Source: an uncultured Rhizobium sp.
GTDB taxonomy: Bacteria > Pseudomonadota > Alphaproteobacteria > Rhizobiales > Rhizobiaceae
Length of the DNA stretch: 64,000 bases
Reading direction: 5' to 3'
Assembly: GCA_945952415.1 (NCBI GenBank)
Contig: CAMFIF010000020.1
Location: forward strand, 3,695-67,694
The notes under the pieces were generated by a model, which was given only the letters and a program-made list of their open reading frames with translations, did not search any database and was not told where the DNA came from. This document shows, in pieces, positions 30,954-38,492 of the stretch. The position numbers were made by a program, and so were the translations under genes. How positions within the stretch are numbered: the first letter of the stretch is position 1; the number at the start of each line of letters is the position of its first letter.

Positions 30954-31907
30954 CTAGCCCAGCAGCCGCTGGAGAGAAAGCCCCGGCATGCCATTGGCGA
31001 TGCTGAGCGACTGGACCGCCAGCTGCCTGCGGGTTTCCTCCGCCCGAAGCCGCGCGCTTTCCTGGGTCAGATCCGCATTGACCAGCCGTCCGATCCCCCG
31101 TCCCTGCAGGGCCGCGAGTTGCTCCACATAATCGCGCTGCGTTTCCAGCCGCTTCTGGAAGGCACCGAGTGTGGCAAAACCGTCGCGGACGGCCGTGCCG
31201 ATCTGCTCGATCATGTCGGAATTGGCGATGCGCCAGTTTGTGTTGAAGAGAGCGCCGGTCTGGCTGTTGTAGAAAGCGAGAAACAGGGCACCGGTGCCGT
31301 AACCCGCAAAGAGCCGCGCTCCGCCCGTATAATTATACCGGTCGAAATAGGTCATGGACATGAGCCCGCCGGTCTTGTCCTCGTCGATCAACACCGTCTG
31401 GCTGAGATTGAGCGTCATGCGGTTGATGCCGAGCGACCCGTTGCCCGAGCGCTGAAGACCGCCGACGAAACTGCGGGTCGTCGCCATGCCCGTCACCCGG
31501 TAAAGCAGGTTCACCCCGCCGAAGGAGGCGGATTTAACCGTGCTTTCCAACATGTCGGCAATGGAGCGGATTTCCCGGTCATAGACGAGGGCTTCCGCCG
31601 GCGTCGCCTGCCGCCCGATGGTGAAGATCTCCTTGATGCGGTCGAGCCCCTTCAGCACCGGGGCGGCGGCTGCCATGGCCGTATCCACCACCGCAAGGCT
31701 CTGGCTCAACCCGTCGCGAACGACATTGAGCGTCGCGACATCGCCGCTCATGGCGCGCGACAGCGACCAATAGGCCGCATTGTCCTTCGCGGCACCGATC
31801 CGAAGACCGCTCGCCAGTCGCTCCTGCCCGAGCGCTGACGCCTTTTCGGCCCCCCGAAGCAGCTTCTCGGCACTGCGGGCCTGACTGTTGTAATGAATGC
31901 TGATCAT
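30954..31907 (-). CDS. divergent flagellin-family protein (orphan, second copy)
   Basis: MISIHYNSQARSAEKLL...RLASGLRIGAAKDNAAYWSLSRAM...KSASFGGVNLL...LGAFQKRLETQRDYVEQLAALQGRGIGRLVNADLTQESARLRAEETRRQLAVQSLSIAN. ATG at 31907 gives 317 aa. Confidence 0.8.
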   Translation of the reverse strand: MISIHYNSQARSAEKLLRGAEKASALGQERLASGLRIGAAKDNAAYWSLSRAMSGDVATLNVVRDGLSQSLAVVDTAMAAAAPVLKGLDRIKEIFTIGRQATPAEALVYDREIRSIADMLESTVKSASFGGVNLLYRVTGMATTRSFVGGLQRSGNGSLGINRMTLNLSQTVLIDEDKTGGLMSMTYFDRYNYTGGARLFAGYGTGALFLAFYNSQTGALFNTNWRIANSDMIEQIGTAVRDGFATLGAFQKRLETQRDYVEQLAALQGRGIGRLVNADLTQESARLRAEETRRQLAVQSLSIANGMPGLSLQRLLG

Positions 31908-32205
31908 GAAACGGAACTCCGCGGGGCATGTCCGCCAGGCCCTCCCCGGACCCTGCCTTTTGTCTGGCGCCGACATACATAGAGCGTGACTATTGTTTAA
32001 AATAATTACATGAACAGAAAGACATGGCTTTATTTGGCCTTATCCTTGCACGCCTCTTAACCCGTCGATACGACTTCTTGCCAACCCAGGAAATCGCAGC
32101 CGGACCCGGCCATGAAGGGTCAGCGAATGTCGGATTCATGCCTTGCGCGCAGGGCCCGGCTCGGCCACTAAAAGGGTCCCGAACCGATCAGGGAGAGAAG
32201 GCCTC

Positions 32206-32781
32206 ATGCTGACATTGAAGGAACAGAAGGCAGCGCTGCGGAAGGAGAGGCTTGCCCTGCGCGATGCCATTCCGGCAGAGGACCGCATCGAGAAATCGCT
32301 CGCCATCTCGGCCTTCGGCGAGGCCCTGTCCTTTGCGCCCGGCACGATCGTGTCCGGCTTCCTGCCGATCCGCTCCGAGGCGGACATCCGCCCGCTCCTC
32401 GATCACCTGGCCAAACGCGGGGCGCGGCTCTGCCTGCCGATCGTCGCCGACCGGGAGACCATCCTCTTTCGCGAACTGAAGCAGGGAACCGAACTGGTGG
32501 ACACGGGTTTCGGCACCCGGGGCCCGGGGCCGGAGGCGGAGGTGCTTGATCCTGAACTGCTGCTCATGCCGCTTTCCGTCTTCGATCCGGCGGGGAACCG
32601 GATCGGCTACGGGGCCGGCCATTATGACCGCGCCATCGACCGTCTACGGAAAAAAGGCCTGAATCCGCGCCTCGTCGGCATTGCCTTCGACTGCCAGGAA
32701 GTGGCATCAGTGCCGGCAGAACCGCATGATGTGGGCCTTTCCGCCATCATCACCGAAAGCGGTTACCGACGTTTCGATTGA
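32206..32781 (+). CDS. 5-formyltetrahydrofolate cyclo-ligase (canonical copy)
   Basis: MLTLKEQKAALRKERLALRD...LLLMPLSVFDPAGNRIGYGAGHYDRAI...PHDVGLSAIITE. ATG at 32206 is preceded by GGGAGAG. Confidence 0.88.
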   Translation: MLTLKEQKAALRKERLALRDAIPAEDRIEKSLAISAFGEALSFAPGTIVSGFLPIRSEADIRPLLDHLAKRGARLCLPIVADRETILFRELKQGTELVDTGFGTRGPGPEAEVLDPELLLMPLSVFDPAGNRIGYGAGHYDRAIDRLRKKGLNPRLVGIAFDCQEVASVPAEPHDVGLSAIITESGYRRFD

Positions 32782-32797
32782 TGGAAGGGTAGAGCCG

Positions 32798-33622
32798 ATG
32801 CGGCTGTTGTTTCTGGGCGATATGGTGGGCAAGACCGGACGCACCGCCGTCTGGGAAAAGCTGCCGGGCCTGGTTTCCGACCTGAAGCTCGATTTCGTCA
32901 TCGTCAACGGGGAAAACGCCGCCGGCGGCTTCGGCATAACCGAGGAGATCTTCCTCGAAACCATCAATGCCGGGGCCGATGTGGTGACGACAGGCAACCA
33001 TGTCTGGGACCAGAAGGAAGCAGTGACCTTCTGCCAGCGGCACGACCAGTTCCTGCGGCCTGCCAATTACCCTGCGGGCACGCCCGGCAAGGGCTCCGGC
33101 CTCTATTATGCCCGAAACGGTGCGCGCGTGCTCGTCGCCAACATCATGGGGCGGGTCTTCATGCATCCGGAACTCGACGATCCCTTCAAGGCGGCCGAAA
33201 CCATCCTCGATGCCTGCCCGCTGAAGGAACAGGCCGATGCGATCATCTTCGATTTCCACGCGGAAGCCACGAGCGAGAAACAGTGCTTCGGCCATTTCGT
33301 CGATGGCCGGGCGAGCTTTGTCGTCGGCACCCACACCCATGTGCCCACCGCCGACCACCAGATCCTCAACGGCGGCACGGCCTACATGTCGGATGCCGGC
33401 ATGTGCGGGGATTACGATTCCTCGCTCGGAATGGAGAAGGAAGAGCCGCTGAACCGCTTCATTTCCAAGATGCCCAAGGGCCGTTTCGAGGCCGCTCACG
33501 GCCCGGCGACGATCTGCGGCGTCGGTGTGGAGATTTCCGATGCGACCGGCCTTGCCGAAAAGATCGCCCCGCTGAGGATCGGGCCGCGTCTTCAGGAAAC
33601 CCTGCCATCCTTCTGGGTTTGA
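32798..33622 (+). CDS. YmdB-like metallophosphoesterase (TIGR00282 family)
   Basis: MRLLFLGDMVGKTGR...FVIVNGENAAGGFGIT...TTGNHVWD...DFHAEATSEK...GTHTHVPTAD. Confidence 0.9.
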   Translation: MRLLFLGDMVGKTGRTAVWEKLPGLVSDLKLDFVIVNGENAAGGFGITEEIFLETINAGADVVTTGNHVWDQKEAVTFCQRHDQFLRPANYPAGTPGKGSGLYYARNGARVLVANIMGRVFMHPELDDPFKAAETILDACPLKEQADAIIFDFHAEATSEKQCFGHFVDGRASFVVGTHTHVPTADHQILNGGTAYMSDAGMCGDYDSSLGMEKEEPLNRFISKMPKGRFEAAHGPATICGVGVEISDATGLAEKIAPLRIGPRLQETLPSFWV

Positions 33623-33713
33623 TGACCGTAATTTGACGGCCGTGGCTGGACGAAACGGGTCTTCCTGCCTATAAAGCCGCCATTCCCACCATAAAGACGT
33701 GAACAGGGGTGCC

Positions 33714-34460
33714 ATGGCTGGCCATTCACAGTTTAAGAATATCATGCATCGCAAGGGCCGTCAGGATGCGGTCCGCTCGAAGATGTTTTCCAAGCTCGCC
33801 CGCGAAATCACCGTGGCGGCAAAGACCGGTCTGCCCGACCCGGCCATGAATCCGCGCCTGCGCCTGGCGATCCAGAACGCCAAGGCCCAGTCCATGCCGA
33901 AGGACAACATCGAGCGCGCCATCAAGAAGGCCGCCGGCGGCGACGCGGAGAACTACGAGGAAGTCCGCTACGAGGGCTACGGCCCGGGCGGCGTCGCCGT
34001 CATCGTGGAAGCGCTGACCGACAACCGCAACCGCACCGCCTCCTCCGTCCGCTCGACCTTCTCCAAGGCCGGCGGCGCGCTGGGTGAAACGGGCTCGGTT
34101 TCCTTCTCCTTCGACCGCGTCGGCGAAATCACCTACAAGGCCGCCGTCGGCGATGCCGACAAGGTCATGGAAGCCGCGATCGAAGCCGGTGCCGAGGACG
34201 TGACCTCCGACGAGGATGGCCACACGATCATCTGCGGTTTCGAAGACATCGGCGAGGTCTCCAGGGCACTCGAGGCAACGCTTGGCGAAGCCGAGACGGT
34301 CAAGGCCATCTGGAAGCCGCAGAACACCGTGCCGGTCGACGAGGAAAAGGCCCAGTCGCTGATGAAGCTCATCGATACGCTGGAAGATGATGATGACGTG
34401 CAGAACGTCTATTCCAACTTCGAAGTGTCCGACGAGGTCATGGCAAAGCTTTCCGCCTGA
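33714..34460 (+). CDS. yebC: YebC/PmpR family DNA-binding transcriptional regulator
   Basis: [37 protein letters not shown]...[23 protein letters not shown]. Confidence 0.94.
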   Translation: MAGHSQFKNIMHRKGRQDAVRSKMFSKLAREITVAAKTGLPDPAMNPRLRLAIQNAKAQSMPKDNIERAIKKAAGGDAENYEEVRYEGYGPGGVAVIVEALTDNRNRTASSVRSTFSKAGGALGETGSVSFSFDRVGEITYKAAVGDADKVMEAAIEAGAEDVTSDEDGHTIICGFEDIGEVSRALEATLGEAETVKAIWKPQNTVPVDEEKAQSLMKLIDTLEDDDDVQNVYSNFEVSDEVMAKLSA

Positions 34461-34483
34461 TCGACGGGCGAAAACAAACTGCA

Positions 34484-34507
34484 AAGGGGCCGCAAGGCCC
34501 CTTTTTC
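34484..34507 (+). terminator. rho-independent terminator after yebC
   Basis: AGGGGCC-GCAA-GGCCCCT followed by TTTTT. Confidence 0.8.
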
Positions 34508-34538
34508 GTGGTGCAGCGATCGCGCCCTCCCCGCCCCC

Positions 34539-34694
34539 TCAGGGCCGGATGAGGAGCACGATGCTCCACAGCACGAAGGCGATGACCGCGAGTTTCCAGA
34601 AATCGCGCCGCCGCTTCAGCCCCGGCAGACCAAGCGGATAGAGAAGCTGCACGGCCATCAGGAGCACGAGAAACAATCCGATAAATTTATTCAC
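34539..34694 (-). CDS. possible 51-aa two-TM membrane protein (GTG start; below the ORF-track length cutoff)
   Basis: My translation is VNKFIGLFLVLLMAVQLLYPLGLPGLKRRRDFWKLAVIAFVLWSIVLLIRP, two hydrophobic helices joined by a basic loop. The Shine-Dalgarno is weak. Confidence 0.35.
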   Translation of the reverse strand: MNKFIGLFLVLLMAVQLLYPLGLPGLKRRRDFWKLAVIAFVLWSIVLLIRP

Positions 34695-34854
34695 CTGGCA
34701 TCCGTTCCCCTGCCCCGCCGGAGCGGCGCATTTCCTCGGCCTCTGTCACAACAGCGTCAAGTTTTGCTAGCATGGACGCAAGGCCCGGCACATCCCCATC
34801 GGTTAAATTTGCCGGTATTCACCCTTGCCCGGATCATCGAACCAGGACACTGCC

Positions 34855-36156
34855 ATGCCCGCTGCCTTCAGGAGCAATATCCTGCCCGTCTTCGCCCTTC
34901 TGGCGGGAACCCTCTTTCTCTATCTCGGCAATGGCTTGCATGGTCTTCTGCTTCCGGTGCGCGGTGCGGCGGAGGGCTATCCCACCACCGATCTCGGCCT
35001 GCTCGGCACCTCCTGGGCCAGCGGCTTCGTGCTGGGCTGCCTCCTCGCCCCGCAGCTCGTGCGGCGCATCGGTCACGCCCGCGCCTTTTCGGGCTTCATC
35101 TCGCTGATTGCGATCATCGCGCTTCTGACCGGCATTCTGGTCGATCCCGTGTGGTGGATCGTGCTGCGCGCCGTGACCGGCTTTTCCACCGCCGGCACCT
35201 CCATGATCATCGAAAGCTGGCTGAACGAGCGCGCCACCAACAAGAGCCGCGGCATGATCTTTTCGCTCTATGTCACGATCACCCTGATCGGCGCCGTGGG
35301 CGGCCAGCTCGTCGTGCCGCTGGCCGATGTCATGACGCCCGTTCTCTTCATGGTCTGCGGCATCTTCTATTGCGTGGCCATGCTGCCCACCACGCTTTCC
35401 AACGCCGCAACGCCCCAGCCGCTGAAATCCGTGAAGCTGGACCTTCGGGCGCTTTATCGCAATTCGCCGGTCTCCTTCGTCGGCATCCTGCTGATCGGCA
35501 TCGCCAATGGCGCCTTCGGCACGCTGGGCGCGGTCTTCGGCGCCAAGGCCGGGCTGAGCCAGGGCTCGATCGCGCTGATGATGAGCGCCACCATCTTTGC
35601 CGGCGCCGTCATGCAGCTGCCCGCCGGCCGCATTTCCGACCGCATGGACCGCCGCTACGTGCTGATCGTGCTGTCGGGCCTTGCTGCCCTTGCCGGCCTT
35701 TTCGTGGTGATCCTGCACCCCGCCGACGTGACCGTGCTGATCGCCATGATCGCCATCTATGGCGCAACCGCCAATGCGCTCTATTCCATCGCGGTCGCCC
35801 ATGCCAACGACCACGCGGCGCATGAGGATTTCGTCAAGGTATCCGGCGGGCTGCTTCTGCTCTATGGCATTGGCACCGTGATCGGCCCCACCATCGGCGG
35901 CCCGGTCATGTCCGCCTTCGGCCCCTATGCACTGTTCCTCGTCACGGGTTTCTCCCATGTGGCACTGGTCATCTATGCCATGATCCGCAGCCGCATCCGC
36001 AAGGCTGTACCCATCGAGGCGCGCGAGACCTACACCGCCACCTCGGCCGGTCCCTTGACAACGCCCGAAAGCCTGACGCTCAATCCGCGCGCGGCTCCCC
36101 TGCCCGAGGCGGCCGCCGATCCGGATATCGTCGACAGCGCAGGAGCCGCCATATGA
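34855..36156 (+). CDS. MFS transporter (12 TM)
   Basis: Repeated hydrophobic segments and an MFS loop motif APQLVRRIGHARAF. I prefer the ATG at 34855. Confidence 0.85.
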   Translation: MPAAFRSNILPVFALLAGTLFLYLGNGLHGLLLPVRGAAEGYPTTDLGLLGTSWASGFVLGCLLAPQLVRRIGHARAFSGFISLIAIIALLTGILVDPVWWIVLRAVTGFSTAGTSMIIESWLNERATNKSRGMIFSLYVTITLIGAVGGQLVVPLADVMTPVLFMVCGIFYCVAMLPTTLSNAATPQPLKSVKLDLRALYRNSPVSFVGILLIGIANGAFGTLGAVFGAKAGLSQGSIALMMSATIFAGAVMQLPAGRISDRMDRRYVLIVLSGLAALAGLFVVILHPADVTVLIAMIAIYGATANALYSIAVAHANDHAAHEDFVKVSGGLLLLYGIGTVIGPTIGGPVMSAFGPYALFLVTGFSHVALVIYAMIRSRIRKAVPIEARETYTATSAGPLTTPESLTLNPRAAPLPEAAADPDIVDSAGAAI

Positions 36157-36350
36157 GCCTTTTCGAGGACGACCGCCCGAAAAAGAAACAGGAGCATGAG
36201 ATCGGCTGCGACCTGTCGCTGATCTCGGCCGACGAGCTTGCGGCCCGCATTGCCCTCCTCGAGGAGGAGATCCGCCGCCTGACCGAGGAAAGGCAGAAAA
36301 AATTGAGTGGAAAGGCCGCTGCCGAGTCGCTTTTCCGCCCCAAGGGCTGA
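36153..36350 (+). CDS. DUF1192 domain protein
   Basis: DLSLISADELAARIALLEEEIRRLTEE is the DUF1192 signature. The ATG overlaps the MFS stop (ATGA). Confidence 0.8.
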   Translation: MSLFEDDRPKKKQEHEIGCDLSLISADELAARIALLEEEIRRLTEERQKKLSGKAAAESLFRPKG

Positions 36351-36419
36351 AACAACAATTTTCAAGTATTCATAAAATTTACCTTGCCCGGGTCCGGTTT
36401 TGTTAACCATAGATTAGGT

Positions 36420-36539
36420 TTTGTGGGAGATCTTAGACTTATCCAGACTTTCTGGACTCAGCCTTCTCCTCCGCCAGGAGGACTGGTCTGATTTTCTCCC
36501 TGTTTTACCTTGAGAGCCGCTTCCAGCGGCTCTTTTTTT
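36420..36539 (+). ncRNA. candidate small RNA (or 3'-UTR-derived RNA) ending at a strong intrinsic terminator
   Basis: No ORF. Hairpins CCAGA-CTT-TCTGG (36443-36455) and TCCTCC-GCCA-GGAGGA (36467-36482). A single-stranded stretch UUUUCUCCCUGUUUU follows, then terminator AGAGCCGC-TTCCA-GCGGCTCT plus T7 (36513-36539). A possible CTTGCC -35 lies at 36383-36388. The 5' end is a guess. Confidence 0.4.
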
Positions 36540-36576
36540 CTTTAAACTCTGGACAAGTTTCGTAAAACTGTGGGAA

Positions 36577-36591
36577 TTAACCCTTTCTTAA
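36577..36591. promoter_or_regulatory. perfect TTAA-N7-TTAA (CtrA-type) box upstream of rcdA
   Basis: TTAACCCTTTCTTAA, 122-136 nt upstream of the rcdA ATG. Confidence 0.45.
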
Positions 36592-36712
36592 TAAACGGCT
36601 TGCGGTTTCTCTGTAAACGGATCATGTTTAGGCCATCGACAGAGAGCGGCGGAACTGAGGCGCCGCTTTCCCGTTACCTGAATATTGTGGTGCGTTTGAC
36701 AGGGAAATTAAG

Positions 36713-37228
36713 ATGTCCGAACTTGGCCTGAATACGATCAGCTTCGCTGGGCGCATCGCCTCCTCCTCGCAGTTCAAGTCGCTCTACACGGAAGGCATGT
36801 CGCTCGTTGAAGAGACCGCAAGCTATCTCGATGGCAATGGCCGCGCAGCCGCCAAGGTTCTGCCGCGCATGGCCTCGGTTCTCTATGCGGCGGAATCCAT
36901 GCGGCTTACCACCCGCCTGATGCAGATGGCATCCTGGCTGCTGCTCCAGCGCGCCGTCAATAATGGCGAGATGACGCGCGATCAGGTGCTCAACGAAAAG
37001 CGCAAGGTCCGCCTCGATTCCTTCAACGTCGACAAGAACGCCCCCGGCTGGAACGATCTGCCGGAAGCTTTCCGCGACCTCATCGAGCGCTCGCTGCGCC
37101 TGCAGAACCGCGTCGCCCTGCTCGACCGCGAAATCTATCGTCCGGCGGATACCGCCATGCAGTCCGACAATGAAAACAGCGTCCAGGCCCAGCTGAGCCT
37201 GCTGCGCACCGCTTTCAACGTTCACTGA
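36713..37228 (+). CDS. rcdA: DUF1465 protein, RcdA-like protease adaptor (regulator of CtrA degradation)
   Basis: FAGRIASSSQFKSLYTEGMSLVEETASYLDG...ESMRLTTRLMQMASWLLLQRAV is the DUF1465 pattern. 171 aa. Confidence 0.8.
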   Translation: MSELGLNTISFAGRIASSSQFKSLYTEGMSLVEETASYLDGNGRAAAKVLPRMASVLYAAESMRLTTRLMQMASWLLLQRAVNNGEMTRDQVLNEKRKVRLDSFNVDKNAPGWNDLPEAFRDLIERSLRLQNRVALLDREIYRPADTAMQSDNENSVQAQLSLLRTAFNVH

Positions 37229-37261
37229 GCGATCAAGAATCAAGTCAATCCGGATTTTCCT

Positions 37262-37290
37262 GGCCCCTCCTCGCGAGGGGCCTTTTCTTT
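37262..37290 (+). terminator. rho-independent terminator after rcdA
   Basis: GGCCCCTC-CTCGC-GAGGGGCC followed by TTTTCTTT. Confidence 0.8.
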
Positions 37291-37555
37291 GTCCGCCTGT
37301 TCCCTGACGGTCGGCCCCGGAAGCGCCGATCCCGGCCGCGCCTCAAGAAGCAGGGACGTGCCGGGCACACTCCTTGTCGCGCTCCGGTCCGGCGCGCGCC
37401 TGAGCAGGAGATGAACGACAATCATGACCGTTACCCAGGGCGCCAGGCTCCAGATCGCCTTCACGTAATCGGGGGATGCAAGATACATTGCCGTCAGATC
37501 CATGCCATCAGCTCCCTCTCGTTGAGAAAGCCACCGGAACCCTTGGAAAGGGCCC

Positions 37556-37651
37556 CAGTGACCGGGAGTTCAAATAGCCACACAGCAGCTCGCCTCGGCC
37601 TTTAAACCGAAGTTCTGGACATAGCCGAGGCCTCCCGGCCGCAAGGCAGGA
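37556..37651. repeat. intergenic direct repeat, copy 1 (~96 nt)
   Basis: CAGTGACCGGGAGTTCAAATAGCC, a variable 9-11 nt, then CTCGCCTCGGCCTTTAAACCGAAGTTCTGGACATAGCCGAGGCCTCCCGGCCGCAAGGCAGGA. Contains an 8-bp inverted repeat, GCCTCGGC (37592-37599) and GCCGAGGC (37624-37631). Confidence 0.9.
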
Positions 37652-37801
37652 AGCTATGGGTTCGGGATGTATCTTTCAAGATACAAGCCACCAACTGTGC
37701 GGGGATTTGAAGCCCCAGAATGCCGCTGTTTGCGGACATTCTGAAGAGGACGTTAGCACAGACAAAACATAAGGTGAAGCTGTATTAGAATATTTTAGAT
37801 G

Positions 37802-37899
37802 CAGTGACCGGGAGTTCAAATAGCCGAATACACAGGCTCGCCCCGGCCTTTAAACCGAAGTTCTGGACATAGCCGAGGCCTCCCGGCCGCAAGGCAGGA
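37802..37899. repeat. intergenic direct repeat, copy 2 (~98 nt)
   Basis: The same 24-nt head and 62-nt tail as copy 1, with one substitution in the tail (T to C in the left arm of the inverted repeat) and a different 11-nt middle. Confidence 0.9.
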
Positions 37900-38007
37900 C
37901 CGCATTCACCGTCCCGAAAGCTCTAGCACGACCCGTGCGTAAGGACAAATTTATTTAGAGATTCCGAATTTTAAGGCTCTGCCAACAGGAAGAAGCGACC
38001 CGCCATA

Positions 38008-38043
38008 AGAAAAAGCCCGGACATCACTGCCCGGGCTTTTTTT
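38008..38043. terminator. bidirectional terminator (serves rpmE on the minus strand)
   Basis: AAAAAGCCCGG-ACATCACTGC-CCGGGCTTTTTTT, with an A-run on one side and a T-run on the other. Confidence 0.75.
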
Positions 38044-38071
38044 AACTCTGCGGAAAACCGCCAGCGATGGA

Positions 38072-38293
38072 TCAGAGGCCGAGGCCGCTGAAGCGCTTGT
38101 TGAACTTGGACACGCGGCCGCCGCGGTCCATGATCTGCTGGTTGCCGCCGGTCCATGCCGGGTGCGACTTGCTGTCGATTTCGAGGTTCATGACAGCGCC
38201 TTCGGAACCCCAGGTCGAACGGGTTTCGTATTCGGTGCCATCGGTCATGACCACTTTGATCATGTGGTAGTCGGGATGGATATTCGCCTTCAT
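38072..38293 (-). CDS. rpmE: 50S ribosomal protein L31 (Cys-less form)
   Basis: [29 protein letters not shown]...[28 protein letters not shown] at 38293 gives 73 aa; the track ORF is over-extended. Confidence 0.93.
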   Translation of the reverse strand: MKANIHPDYHMIKVVMTDGTEYETRSTWGSEGAVMNLEIDSKSHPAWTGGNQQIMDRGGRVSKFNKRFSGLGL

Positions 38294-38492
38294 AACAATC
38301 TTCCTGCGGTGCCAGGGTCCTTTTGCCGCAACCCATTGCAGGCGCCGGACCGATTGAATAAACAAAGCCGCAGTCCGCCATGGGCTACGGCTTCCCAATT
38401 CGATGCCGTGCCTATACATGAAGGCGCAAGGGATAACAAGAGCCCCGGCATGCTTACACAGAAGCTTCCGCGGCACGCCGGAAATGCGAGAA

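Noticed and set aside
37240-37503. 87-aa minus-strand ORF downstream of rcdA with one hydrophobic segment.
   Set aside because: Its 3' end runs through the rcdA intrinsic terminator hairpin. The C-terminal half is Pro/Arg/Gly/Ser-rich, and there is no clear Shine-Dalgarno. It may be real as a shorter peptide, but that is not supportable from sequence alone.
37561-37580. GGGAGTTCAAAT inside the repeat head resembles a tRNA T-arm, so I considered a tRNA fragment or att site.
   Set aside because: The complementary 3' half of the T-stem (CTCCC) is absent. No acceptor, D or anticodon arms can be folded from the upstream 60 nt. No integrase is nearby.
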